Origin: Nitrosopumilus sp.
Lineage (GTDB): Archaea > Thermoproteota > Nitrososphaeria > Nitrososphaerales > Nitrosopumilaceae
Length of the DNA: 64,000 nt
Assembly (NCBI GenBank): GCA_965218785.1
Contig: OZ244650.1
Coordinates: 992,001-1,056,000, forward strand
Direction of reading: 5' to 3'
Shown: positions 9,943 through 19,371 of the stretch, piece after piece
Numbering within the stretch: the first letter of the stretch is position 1
Layout: the number at the start of each line of letters is the position of its first letter
Notes under the pieces: generated by a model
Databases searched by the model: none
Told to the model about the DNA's origin: nothing
What the model saw: the letters and a program-made list of their open reading frames with translations, nothing else
Program-made: the position numbers and the translations under genes

Positions 9943-11169
9943 ATGACCAAATATTCCCAGGAGATCGAAGTCAGCGGCCACCTGATTGATTCGCTGATTC
10001 TTACCAAGATCTTTGATAAAATCATGGATCTAAAAGGCGAGTTTCACGTGCAGGAAATTGATATTGGTAAAAAAAAGAAAGACCAGTCCTATGTAAGACT
10101 GCGTGTCCAGGGAAGGAATCAGAAACACCTTGATGAAATTCTCGAGACCGTTTACCGGGAGGGCGCAGTTTCAAAGATCCAAAAGGAGATCAGACTGAAA
10201 AAATCCGTAAAAAACTTTGTAATGCCGGATAATTTTTACAGTACTACTAACAACCATACGCAGGTTTTTCACAAAGGCAGATGGATTCAGGTGGAAAACA
10301 TGATGATGGACAAATGTATTGTGGTAAGGGGGCACAAGGCATTTTGCGTACCGGTACGGGACGTGAAGAAGGGGGATCCGATAATAGTGGGGGAGCATGG
10401 AATCAAGATCACACCTCCAGAACGCCCACGTGAGGGGGTCAACGTATTTGAGTTTATGGGAAGTTCAAGCTCCAGTGAAAGACCTACTATGCACATTGCA
10501 AAAAAGGTCGCAGAAGACATTCACAATACGAAAAAGAACGGCGGGAGAATCGTCCTTGTCGGGGGCCCGGCAATAGTACACACGGGTGCAGACGATGCGG
10601 TATCTGAGTTAATCAGAGCCGGATACATTGATGCGGTGCTTGCAGGCAACGCCCTCGCAGTTCACGATATAGAATATGCCACACTTGGTACCTCGCTGGG
10701 AATGAACGTGCATGATGCGACACTGGCATATCACGGACATCGGAATCACATGGATACCATCAACGCCGTATTCAAGGCAGGATCCATTGCAGACATGGTA
10801 AAGACCAAAAAACTAACAAAGGGAATAATGTATGAATGCGTTAAAAACAGGGTTCCATTTGTCCTGGCCGGCTCAATCCGCGATGACGGGCCACTGCCTG
10901 ATGTCATTACAGATGTATCCCAAGCTCAGCGTGAGTACAAAAAGATGTTAAAGGACGCAAAAATGGTGATCATGATCTCAACTATGCTTCATTCGATTGC
11001 AACAGGAAACATGCTTCCAGCAAACGTCAAGGTGATTGTTGTGGATATCAACCCTACAACAGTTACAAAACTCATGGACCGTGGAACCTGGCAGGCGCTG
11101 GGAATCGTATCTGATGTGGGTGCGTTTTTACCAATGGTGGCACACGAGATTAAAAAAAGAAGATTGTAA
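9943..11169 (+). CDS. TIGR00300 family (LOR/SDH bifunctional-like, ornithine cyclodeaminase-type) protein
   Basis: GHLIDS, FYSTTN, FEFMGSSSSSERP, GNALAVHDIE, AGSIRDDGPLP, MLHSIATGN. Confidence 0.88.
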   Translation: MTKYSQEIEVSGHLIDSLILTKIFDKIMDLKGEFHVQEIDIGKKKKDQSYVRLRVQGRNQKHLDEILETVYREGAVSKIQKEIRLKKSVKNFVMPDNFYSTTNNHTQVFHKGRWIQVENMMMDKCIVVRGHKAFCVPVRDVKKGDPIIVGEHGIKITPPERPREGVNVFEFMGSSSSSERPTMHIAKKVAEDIHNTKKNGGRIVLVGGPAIVHTGADDAVSELIRAGYIDAVLAGNALAVHDIEYATLGTSLGMNVHDATLAYHGHRNHMDTINAVFKAGSIADMVKTKKLTKGIMYECVKNRVPFVLAGSIRDDGPLPDVITDVSQAQREYKKMLKDAKMVIMISTMLHSIATGNMLPANVKVIVVDINPTTVTKLMDRGTWQALGIVSDVGAFLPMVAHEIKKRRL

Positions 11170-11351
11170 GACGCTAGATTTGCGGTTTTCTATCATGTGC
11201 AGGTGGAAAGACAGAGTGAGAATATTACATTGTTCAGCCAATCAGTCCAAACGAATCTAATTCACACTTGGGCATCATATTACGTGTCTGCAGATTCCCT
11301 GAGAGGATCATCGGACTAAATCTTTATATAATAATATTTTATTATGATAAT

Positions 11352-11507
11352 ATGAGCGATTTTAACCGCGTTACGATAATGCTGGATAAAAATCTGGAAA
11401 GGACGCTGCGAAACCTACAGTCAAAATTGATCAAAGATACTCAAAAAAACGTTAGTTTTTCCAAAGTAATCAATGAATCACTAAAAAAACACTTTAAGAT
11501 AAAATAG
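11352..11507 (+). CDS. Small ribbon-helix-helix-like DNA-binding protein
   Basis: MSDFNRVTIMLDKNLERTLRNLQ...VSFSKVINESL: beta-strand followed by two helices; TTTATATA upstream. Confidence 0.6.
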   Translation: MSDFNRVTIMLDKNLERTLRNLQSKLIKDTQKNVSFSKVINESLKKHFKIK

Positions 11508-11697
11508 TTTTTTCAGACATATGTTTTGCTGGGATGGTAGTTACTGTCTGCAGTTGGTTCTCATGGTAGACTTGAGTTCATGTATGATCTGATCCTCGTC
11601 AATTTTTTTTATGATGGTAACCTTACTTTTAGATCGATATGATCTGAAAAATTTGCCCATGTGTTAGTTACTTTGGAGTTGAGTCAATCACACATAA

Positions 11698-11793
11698 ACT
11701 CTTTTGACTGTCTTACAATATATTGATGAATCACACACAGTATGATATGACGTCCATCCTGCTGTTGTTCAAGCATTAGAATCTGAGTGGTAA
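11698..11793 (+). pseudogene. 3' remnant of a P-loop ATPase gene
   Basis: Reads TLLTVLQYIDESHTV*YDVHPAVVQALESEW*, ending 1 nt before the TPR gene ATG; matches a recalled L.Y...W.DVHP C-terminal motif with TGG>TGA. Confidence 0.55.
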
Positions 11794-11794
11794 A

Positions 11795-13051
11795 ATGTCT
11801 GTGTTTAAATTTAAAAATTTTGAAGTGAGTTCTTCAAATAAAATTGACGAATTAATATTATTATTAAAAATAGCAAAACATGGATATGCAATTTGTACAT
11901 ACAGTGATCCAAAAACTTACAATTACTGGCTTGATTATCTAAAAACACAGAGTAAAAATACCCAGATTTTCATTAAAGAAAAAAAATATCAGGGACATGA
12001 AGAGGATCTAATCCAATACCTTGAAAATGAAACATCTAGTTTTTATGAAAAGGTTAAAGACAGTCTACAAAAATTTTCTTCTGACTATGAAAATTTAGCA
12101 TTTTCAATAAGTGGACTGGAAATAAAATACGAGATTAATGATATTGGAAGATTAAACATCCTGAGGGATTTTTTTCTTACGTTCAAGCATTTTGTTGTAT
12201 TGTGGATTCCAGATAATTATTTGAAAGAGATTGCTTTGAAAACCCCTGATTTGTGGAGAATACGAACCAAAGTTTTTCAATTTGATAAATCCGACAGAAA
12301 CATTGCATTAGGAATGAAATCTTTAGAAGATGATTCTAGTCTGTCACTTGAATATTTTACAAAGGCAACTGAAAATAATATGAAAAATTCCCAATCTTGG
12401 AATAACAAGGGAATTTGCCTGATGAAATTGAATCGATTTGAAGAATCCCTTGTTTGTTTTGATCAGGCAATGAAACTTGCCCCTTATTCAGTTCAGTTTT
12501 TGAATAATTATGGAGTAAATCTGTGTTTGTTGAAACAACACAAACAATCAATTCCATATTTCAAAAAAGGAATTGAAATTGATGGAAAAGATCCACGAAT
12601 TTTAATCAATTATGGACGGGCATTAATAAAATTACATTCTTTTAGAGATGCCACATCGTGTTTCAATAGAATTTTAAAAATTGATTCTGAAAATCATATT
12701 GCCAAAATTTGTTTAAGTGATATTTATCTAAAAACGGGAAAATGGAAAAAAGCTCTTGAATGTCTTAAACCATTAATAACAACACATCCATTGGAAATCA
12801 ATACCCTGATCAATATTGGAATTGCAGAAACAAAATTGAAAAACTATGATTCGGCAATTGCCTATTTTGATAAAGTGTTATCCTTGGATCCACAAAATAT
12901 AGAAGCTGTTGTTAATCGAGGAATCTTATATTCGAAAATGAATAAACGAGATGATGCACTTGCGTGTTTCAATCGAGTTCTTGAAATGGATGAAACCCAT
13001 ATTGAGGCAAATCAAGAAAGAAAGAAAATTGTAAAAAAACATATTGTATAG
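11795..13051 (+). CDS. TPR protein with an N-terminal degenerate NTPase-like domain
   Basis: LNILRDFF...VVLWIP...KTPDLWRIRTKVFQF followed by about 6-7 TPR repeats (WNNKG, LINYG, LINIG, VVNRG); strongly AT-rich. Confidence 0.8.
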   Translation: MSVFKFKNFEVSSSNKIDELILLLKIAKHGYAICTYSDPKTYNYWLDYLKTQSKNTQIFIKEKKYQGHEEDLIQYLENETSSFYEKVKDSLQKFSSDYENLAFSISGLEIKYEINDIGRLNILRDFFLTFKHFVVLWIPDNYLKEIALKTPDLWRIRTKVFQFDKSDRNIALGMKSLEDDSSLSLEYFTKATENNMKNSQSWNNKGICLMKLNRFEESLVCFDQAMKLAPYSVQFLNNYGVNLCLLKQHKQSIPYFKKGIEIDGKDPRILINYGRALIKLHSFRDATSCFNRILKIDSENHIAKICLSDIYLKTGKWKKALECLKPLITTHPLEINTLINIGIAETKLKNYDSAIAYFDKVLSLDPQNIEAVVNRGILYSKMNKRDDALACFNRVLEMDETHIEANQERKKIVKKHIV

Positions 13052-13263
13052 AATATAATGACACGCAAAAATTTGAGATGATTTTATCAAGAACATAATC
13101 GGTCTTTCTTGGTAACGATCTTTTGAATGAAATCAGTTGCCATCTGCAGTTAAATCATCTGAATAAATGAAAAACATGCAACACACGCTGCTTTAGGATA
13201 ATCAACCAAAGTGTTTATTTTTTAATACGCAAAATTCATAAAATAATATCTCCATCCTGATTT

Positions 13264-14316
13264 ATGAACAGACCATCAAAGTTTATTGTAGTTGTTCTTA
13301 TTTTGTCCTTGATTGGAAGCGTCTTGGAGATTTGGGGCGGAAGTTGGGATATTACCAGTCATTTGCTTGGTGCGCCAGAGTCGTTTTTCACACCACCACA
13401 CGCAATACTGTATTCCGGTGTCAGTATTAGCCTGATTGCGGCAGTTTTTGCAGGTGTTCTCCTGCTTGGAAATAAAAAGTTGCACAACATATCATCATCA
13501 ATATCCTTTGGTTTGAAATTGATCCTGATTGGCAGTATAATTCAAATTTTTGCAGGACCCAGCGACTATGTATGGCACGAGGCGTTTGGAGTAGACGGAC
13601 TGCTTAGTCCCACACATCTCACCTTGATTACAGGAATACTGATACAGTCAGTCGGAATTGTGCTTGGACTGACCAGGTTAATCCGATATGACTTTAAAAT
13701 TGTAAAGCCTGCAACAGTGGTTTCATTTTCAGCATTATGGTTTGTCATTATCGCGTATATTTTTCAATTCACCCTGCCAATATCCAAAGGAGAGACGATA
13801 AACCTCAATCCCGACCCATACATTGCAGGAGTGATTCTTTTAGTCACCATGCCGTTTTTTAGTGCTTTAATTTTCTGGGGTGCTGCAAAGTCCATGAAAA
13901 CGTTTGGATGGGCAAGTGCCGTTGTGGCATTGTTGATATTTTTCAACATCACCGCAAATTTGATTCCTGCAGAGGCATTGTTTGGATATCTGCCATGGTA
14001 TGTTATTCCAATGATTGCCGCAGTGATTGCAGACGGACTCGTCACCAAAAAAATCAGGGTAAAAAAGTTTGGGGAAACAATGTCGGGAATTCTAATCGGC
14101 TCGGTATTTTTGATGTATGGTATGCCGCTAGTTGGAATGGCCTTCATACAGTTTTACGTGTTCCATGGGGTGTCAGGATACTCGTTGCTTCCAGAATTTG
14201 CCGGAACTTTGGCAGTGATTCTGGGAATCCTGAGCATTCCTGGAGGAATCATTGGAGCAGTTGCAGTAAAAGTTGCAAAAAGGAAAATTTCAATTCCAGT
14301 AGAAACTGACATTTAG
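13264..14316 (+). CDS. Multi-pass membrane protein with two D-x3-H-x12-H motifs (AmoC/PmoC-like metal-site pattern)
   Basis: WDITSH...FFTPPH (D29/H33/H46) and SDYVWH...LLSPTH (D101/H105/H118); about 9-10 hydrophobic segments. Confidence 0.7.
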   Translation: MNRPSKFIVVVLILSLIGSVLEIWGGSWDITSHLLGAPESFFTPPHAILYSGVSISLIAAVFAGVLLLGNKKLHNISSSISFGLKLILIGSIIQIFAGPSDYVWHEAFGVDGLLSPTHLTLITGILIQSVGIVLGLTRLIRYDFKIVKPATVVSFSALWFVIIAYIFQFTLPISKGETINLNPDPYIAGVILLVTMPFFSALIFWGAAKSMKTFGWASAVVALLIFFNITANLIPAEALFGYLPWYVIPMIAAVIADGLVTKKIRVKKFGETMSGILIGSVFLMYGMPLVGMAFIQFYVFHGVSGYSLLPEFAGTLAVILGILSIPGGIIGAVAVKVAKRKISIPVETDI

Positions 14317-14545
14317 ATTCAAGAAAAACAGACGGATTCTGATTTTAAATAACAGCACATACCGGATGATAAAAAAATTCACCGGATTGGGATGAATATT
14401 ACAAAATCATTTTTTGTTGCACTAGTTTGTTATGGTAATTTTATCTGCCAAGCGTTGTTTTACTTTGTGATTTATCTCCATTATACATCCATGATTTGGC
14501 AAAAAAAGCTCGGGATTTGGATAAGCAAACGGGTCATACTGAAAA

Positions 14546-15211
14546 TTATTTTAAATTATTCAGATAATACTGCTCAACTCGTTTCATCATTGGTTCCAAA
14601 TAATCACCACACGGTTTGATAAACTCCTGTCTGGTGTTTTTTTCACTACTAACTAGAATTACCAGCTGGTTGATTTTCTGACCGGTTGCCTCTTCAAACA
14701 TATGTGCATAACAGGTAGTTTGCAGATAATACTCGTACATGTATTCATCAAATTGTGGCTTGCGCTTTGTCTTGTAATCTATGATGGATAGTTCCCCCTC
14801 ATACTCTGCAATCAAGTCGCTAGTTCCTGCAACCTGCAGATTCTCAGAATGCATTCTCTGTTCAATGCCGACGACATTTGAGATATTCTCAAGAAACGGC
14901 TTTAAATTGTTAAAATGTGCGATAGGCAGCAGGTCAAATTCCTCCAAGGACAGATTATTACACAGGTAACCCTCTATGATTTTGTGGGACTGTGTGCCGA
15001 TATCCTGGGCCTGTTTTGTAATGTATCTGTGGGCAGGTTCGTTTTCCTTCCATGACTGTAACCCATTTTTCTTCTCGTCTGATGCGGTTGCAGACAGTAT
15101 CGTACTAATTGACGGAAAAGTCCCGCCGGATTTGGTCTTATACCAGTGTTCATCGTCCCTATCCAAAAGAGCCGGTTCCCGTGCCTTGAGCATTTGTGTA
15201 AAATCCGTCAT
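14546..15211 (-). CDS. PD-(D/E)XK exonuclease (MGME1/phage exonuclease-like)
   Basis: FPSISTIL, IGTQSH, EQRM, AGTSDLI, IIDYKT, YYLQTTCY. Confidence 0.85.
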   Translation of the reverse strand: MTDFTQMLKAREPALLDRDDEHWYKTKSGGTFPSISTILSATASDEKKNGLQSWKENEPAHRYITKQAQDIGTQSHKIIEGYLCNNLSLEEFDLLPIAHFNNLKPFLENISNVVGIEQRMHSENLQVAGTSDLIAEYEGELSIIDYKTKRKPQFDEYMYEYYLQTTCYAHMFEEATGQKINQLVILVSSEKNTRQEFIKPCGDYLEPMMKRVEQYYLNNLK

Positions 15212-15414
15212 AAGGAATTTTTAACACGGGAGTTATTGAATGATTTGGATTTCAATTTGACATTTTTTTTAAAAACCCCTCAAATCCGGATCCTGTTTTT
15301 ATAAATCGAATCATTACAATTTTTCCTTATTACAAAAGATTCCATAGAATCAGCGGTGATGTGATTGTCTCACTGAATACGGTATGACGGATTAATAATT
15401 TTTAGGCTCCTTCG

Positions 15415-15790
15415 TCAGGCTCGTTTGCTTTGTCTCTCACTTTTTTTACGACACAGAATCTGCTCAATGTTTTTTTCCATCCCATAACTTGTTTGTATAA
15501 AACCCGGTCTTAAGTGTATTTGAAACAGGATTACTGCCTGATTAGTCCTAGATGGGGTATTGTCTTTTGATTCTGACGTATTTTGATGATCAGATCGCCG
15601 TTTTGTAACAAACCTTGCTGTACATAAAACACGTGTGCTGACATTCCTGTCTTTATTTTTGATCTTTCTTTGCACACGATATTCCGGCAGGGTTGATCTC
15701 TTGTTTTAGGATGGAATGATATGATGATCCTTGTAGTTTTTGGTTTGTAAAATTGATCTCAAAAACACCTGGCGTGTCCCTAGTTCCCAT
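15415..15790 (-). pseudogene. Possible highly degraded IS4/ISH3-type transposase fragment
   Basis: FIQTSYGMEK resembles the (W)GIETSYR..K DDE motif; otherwise fragmented. Confidence 0.3.
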
Positions 15791-15793
15791 CAT

Positions 15794-17365
15794 CTATCTG
15801 CTAATACTGCTTAACAGCCCCAGGATCTTTTGCAGCTGTGATTTTAAATCGATTATTATATTCCTCAACTCTCTGTTCTCATCCCTTAACTTTTCCATTT
15901 CCAACTCTACTCCTGTCTTTTCATAGATCGTCCTATCCTGTAGTAACTGTGATGCCCCTGGTTCGGGCTCTGGGAAATCCACATCTGGTTTCTGTGTCGT
16001 ATCCACCTCTGTCTCTACCACCGTCTCTGTCTCTACCTCGACCTCTGCCACTGCCCGCGTTTCTATTACTACATCTGGCTCACCGACTACCGCAATTCCA
16101 AACTCTGCATCCTGACCGCCATTTCTAATATTCTCAAATCTTATCAACGTGGGACCAGTCTGTTCTTCTGTAAACGTGAAATTCTCAAAACCCCCGCCAA
16201 CCTGCGTCGTACCTGATACCCTGTGGCTCTCCTCTCCGTTTTGGATAATGACAAACGCATAGTTGGAATTTTTCAACGGTTCACCTGTGACTCCATTCCT
16301 TATACTAAAGATAAAATCAGTAACAATGCCCGGCTCTATCTCGATGGGATTCCATGAAAGAACCACTTGATAATCCCCGCCTTTTGTATATGCTGTTAAC
16401 GGAAGACCCGTCTTTCCACTTGCAGATAGCGTAAACACGATATTGTCTGGTATCGGATCACCTGATCCTGTAATCTCATTTTTCAAATGTCGAAGATGAT
16501 CTTGGGACAAAATAAGGTGAATTATTCTTTTATCCTCCTCTGTGTGATCATCAACAATTATCGAAGAACCAGACAACTCGATTCCGTTTGCATGCCCGAT
16601 ATATCTAGGCGATGACGAGCCGACAAAATCCTCTGTAAGGTAAACCTCCACACGGACGGTGGGAATATGCGATAGATGTTCCTCACTCCAGTCAAAGGGC
16701 ATCTCCAATATGATTTGTCTGGTTCCAGAGTTATACACAAAACCTGATATTTTATCAAAATATGACTTTGTAATAAATTTCACGTCGTTGTTTTCTGCAT
16801 CCTTTTGGATGTGGAGACTCGTCTCTATTACGCTCAAATTAACATTATGCGTCCCGGAATTCTCTACGATGTTAGTTGGTTTGTCTATGGTTATAACCTC
16901 TATCTCAAAGGTGTACAACCCGCCCGTGGTAAGATTCTGACTGGCAATCTCAAGCGGATTTGATTCTGTTCCATACCATGCACCAAACCGTGAATCCTGT
17001 ACCCCCTTAATCATGAAATCATTTGATTTCTGGAATGGCAGTATCTGAATGGACGACACGCCGTCATCTGCAAAGAAATGATTCCTGAAAACCATCTCAC
17101 CGTTGTGGAACAGCCCGATTAGAAACGTGATATTTTTTACATTTTTCTGGGTTTCATCTTCAACTGCGGTAACTGTGATGTAGCCATGATTGTCTTCAAA
17201 ATATAACGGCATCTCAACTGAGATTGAGATGTCCTTTCCCTGGATATCGATTGCCGAGATGGTCTCTGCCTCCAACCCGTGACCATGAACAGTACCTGCC
17301 GGAAACAACAACAGCGTACCGATGACTAGTGCGGATAATACTCCGAGTTTTGTTAGTATGGACAT
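15794..17365 (-). CDS. Secreted protein of a thaumarchaeal PEFG-CTERM-type family, lacking the sorting signal
   Basis: Signal peptide then HGHGLE; ends ...IRFENIRNGGQDAEFGIAVV followed by an acidic E/V/T linker and a coiled coil instead of PEF + TM. Confidence 0.65.
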   Translation of the reverse strand: MSILTKLGVLSALVIGTLLLFPAGTVHGHGLEAETISAIDIQGKDISISVEMPLYFEDNHGYITVTAVEDETQKNVKNITFLIGLFHNGEMVFRNHFFADDGVSSIQILPFQKSNDFMIKGVQDSRFGAWYGTESNPLEIASQNLTTGGLYTFEIEVITIDKPTNIVENSGTHNVNLSVIETSLHIQKDAENNDVKFITKSYFDKISGFVYNSGTRQIILEMPFDWSEEHLSHIPTVRVEVYLTEDFVGSSSPRYIGHANGIELSGSSIIVDDHTEEDKRIIHLILSQDHLRHLKNEITGSGDPIPDNIVFTLSASGKTGLPLTAYTKGGDYQVVLSWNPIEIEPGIVTDFIFSIRNGVTGEPLKNSNYAFVIIQNGEESHRVSGTTQVGGGFENFTFTEEQTGPTLIRFENIRNGGQDAEFGIAVVGEPDVVIETRAVAEVEVETETVVETEVDTTQKPDVDFPEPEPGASQLLQDRTIYEKTGVELEMEKLRDENRELRNIIIDLKSQLQKILGLLSSISR

Positions 17366-17369
17366 TTTT

Positions 17370-17678
17370 TCATCTCATCTCCTGTTGTTTTACCGTAAAT
17401 AATTTTCTAATGTTCTGAATTAAACCTTTCATCAATCCACCACTCTTGAAACCTTTTAAAAATAAACATATGTTACATCTGCCTGACAACTGGCCATGAT
17501 ATGACTCGTCTGTCATCAGACTGTCCTTTGGATACCTGTCTGTTAAATGCATCGATAAATCACTCTGTCTCATCTCTCTCTGAATCAGTACAATCCCCTT
17601 GTTTTTAAATTCAACCATCCCGTATTGGTACATATCCTCTTTAATGTTATTTACCCCCTGTTTTCTCTTTTTACTCAT
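17370..17678 (-). CDS. Hypothetical protein, possibly degenerating
   Basis: 102-aa ORF immediately upstream of the 523-aa gene. Confidence 0.4.
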   Translation of the reverse strand: MSKKRKQGVNNIKEDMYQYGMVEFKNKGIVLIQREMRQSDLSMHLTDRYPKDSLMTDESYHGQLSGRCNICLFLKGFKSGGLMKGLIQNIRKLFTVKQQEMR

Positions 17679-17937
17679 TTTATCTTCATCTATTGGTATG
17701 ACCTCAAATTATTTAAAATATGATACTTGTCCCGGAGATCATTGAAAACCATGCTTATTTTGCATCCGGGATATCAATGTCGGTCTAGTCAGGCAAACTG
17801 CTTGAAATCAGCATTTCCATCTTTTATTCTTTGGATGCTGAGGAGATCAGATTCATGGTTCTTCCTATGATTGAATCGGTCTAAAATCTGACGTCTTTAT
17901 CCTCCAAGATATCGGCGTATCTGGCCAGTATCTGAAA

Positions 17938-18099
17938 TTATAATTCGAATTCTTGGCGGCACTTTTCACATTTGCCCCTCTCTTTTCCAGGTGGACCAAG
18001 AAGGAACACCTTGCCAATGGTTCTACATTCCGGACATAATCCCGTAGTCGCATTTTTCGGACCGGTTCGGATGATTTTCTGAGTTTTTCTTCGTCCCAT
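17938..18099 (-). CDS. 53-aa zinc-ribbon protein (Elf1-like pattern), not in the ORF track
   Basis: MGRRKTQKIIRTGPKNATTGLCPECRTIGKVFLLGPPGKERGKCEKCRQEFEL; two CxxC motifs, basic N-terminus, TATA-like AAACTTAATA upstream. Confidence 0.7.
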   Translation of the reverse strand: MGRRKTQKIIRTGPKNATTGLCPECRTIGKVFLLGPPGKERGKCEKCRQEFEL

Positions 18100-18148
18100 T
18101 GCATAAACCTATCAAATCGGTCTATTAAGTTTTAATGGTGCGCAGGAG

Positions 18149-18330
18149 GTAAAGGGCCAAGTCGACCCTGTATCTCAAGCAGTTTTTCTGTCGTATTTAG
18201 CCCCCTTTTGCGCCATGTCAGAATACAACTATCAGCATCCCAAACATCTTCATTCCACCCGGCAGTCATCAGACCGTTGCGCACCTTTCTTGCAATTACC
18301 TGCCGTATAATTTAATCTCCGGTCGTTAAA
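18149..18330 (-). mobile_element. IS66-family 3' remnant (transposase C-terminus plus right end)
   Basis: Frameshifted RQVIARKVRNGLMT..MKMFG...LTWRKRGLNTTEKLLE; ends in ...CCCTTTAC (GTAA terminus). Confidence 0.75.
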
Positions 18331-18349
18331 CAGTTTTTTCCAAAATTAT

Positions 18350-18623
18350 CCAGTCCTTCCCATAGACGGACTTGTGATCACATACCCGGAGAAACTCGAT
18401 CGTGTTCTCACTCCAGTTGACATTGTAAATTATCCTGTATTTCCTGCCTAATATCATATGCAAAAATTCTCTTATTCTGTTTGTATTTTCCAAGATATGC
18501 TGGATTCTTAGCGCTTCGTAATTCTTGTATCAAATGATTCACCATTTCTTGAATTTTAGGATCAATGTTTTTGTATTGTTTTTTGAACGTGGTCTTGATT
18601 TCAAATTCCCAAAGATTAGTCAT
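18350..18623 (-). pseudogene. RelE/ParE-family toxin, frameshifted
   Basis: MTNLWEFEIKTTFKKQYK...FAYDI, then after a 1-nt shift GRKYRIIYNVNWSENTIEFLRVCDHKSVYGKD. Confidence 0.75.
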
Positions 18624-18750
18624 CTTTTAACCACTGTATGAGCTTTTCGGGGGTTTTGAAATGTAGCCTGTCCTCAGCATTTGCATAAAACTCATCAATA
18701 TCTTTGATCTCCTCGGGGGTCAGGTCGTCATTCTGTTTCGTGTTTGACAT
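18616..18750 (-). CDS. 44-aa acidic antitoxin candidate, not in the ORF track
   Basis: MSNTKQNDDLTPEEIKDIDEFYANAEDRLHFKTPEKLIQWLKDD; overlaps the toxin start. Confidence 0.65.
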   Translation of the reverse strand: MSNTKQNDDLTPEEIKDIDEFYANAEDRLHFKTPEKLIQWLKDD

Positions 18751-18798
18751 GTTTTTGTAGGTGTACCGCTACTTAAAATATATTTTGTGCGTTATTTT

Positions 18799-19371
18799 GT
18801 AAAGGGTCAAGTCGACCCTGTATCTCAAGCAGTTTTTCTGTAGTATTTAGCCCGATGTGTGATGTCGTAATGCATTTTGGAATTGATTCAAGGTCTGTTA
18901 TCTGTTTTACATGATGGGACTTATCCTGAAGATTTGTGCCGTTACATCTGGCACATTTTTTCGGTCTGTGATATGAAGAGTACACCCTTCTGTTGTGGAA
19001 GACCCCGTCGCGTTCTGCCTTCCGTCCCGGTCTGCCTTTGTTTTGGACGGGGTACTCTGATTTGCGGTTTAACGTCTTTTTCTGTCTGGCGAGGATCGAG
19101 TTATGTGATGGGGACTGTGTTCTCATATTATTTCATACGAATCTGCATCTCCTTGTTTGCAAGATGTAATTCTGTGATTGTGAGTTTTACTCCTCAATTA
19201 TTTGCAGTAAATCTTTTTGTATGACGACATTTTTCTTGTTATCTGCGATTAGTTTGGCAATATCGTCTCGTAAAATTTTGATTTCTGGATGGGACACTTC
19301 TAGATCCGCATTAATGGCATTTAGATCGGTTTGATCACAAAATTGTCCTCATACTGAACCTAACTGCTTAC
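18799..19371 (-). mobile_element. Internally deleted IS66-family element
   Basis: GTAA termini at both ends (GTAAAGGGTCAAG... at 18799 on +, GTAAGCAGTTAGG... at 19371 on -); coiled-coil, GRPGRK, HRPKKCARC and QITDL N-terminal motifs fused directly to the last transposase codons GLNTTEKLLE. Confidence 0.75.

Noticed and set aside
13264-14316. Calling this gene amoC
   Set aside because: It is much longer than archaeal AmoC, shows no evident overall identity and has no amo neighbours; only the motif pattern is shared
14546-15211. Cas4 assignment
   Set aside because: Lacks the four-Cys Fe-S pattern and any CRISPR context
17865-18104. 79-aa ORF from the track
   Set aside because: The overlapping frame 18099-17938 gives a much more protein-like zinc ribbon
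18149-18853. 55-bp repeats as attC/att recombination sites
   Set aside because: They encode the IS66 transposase C-terminus and GTAA terminus and lack attC inverted-repeat structure
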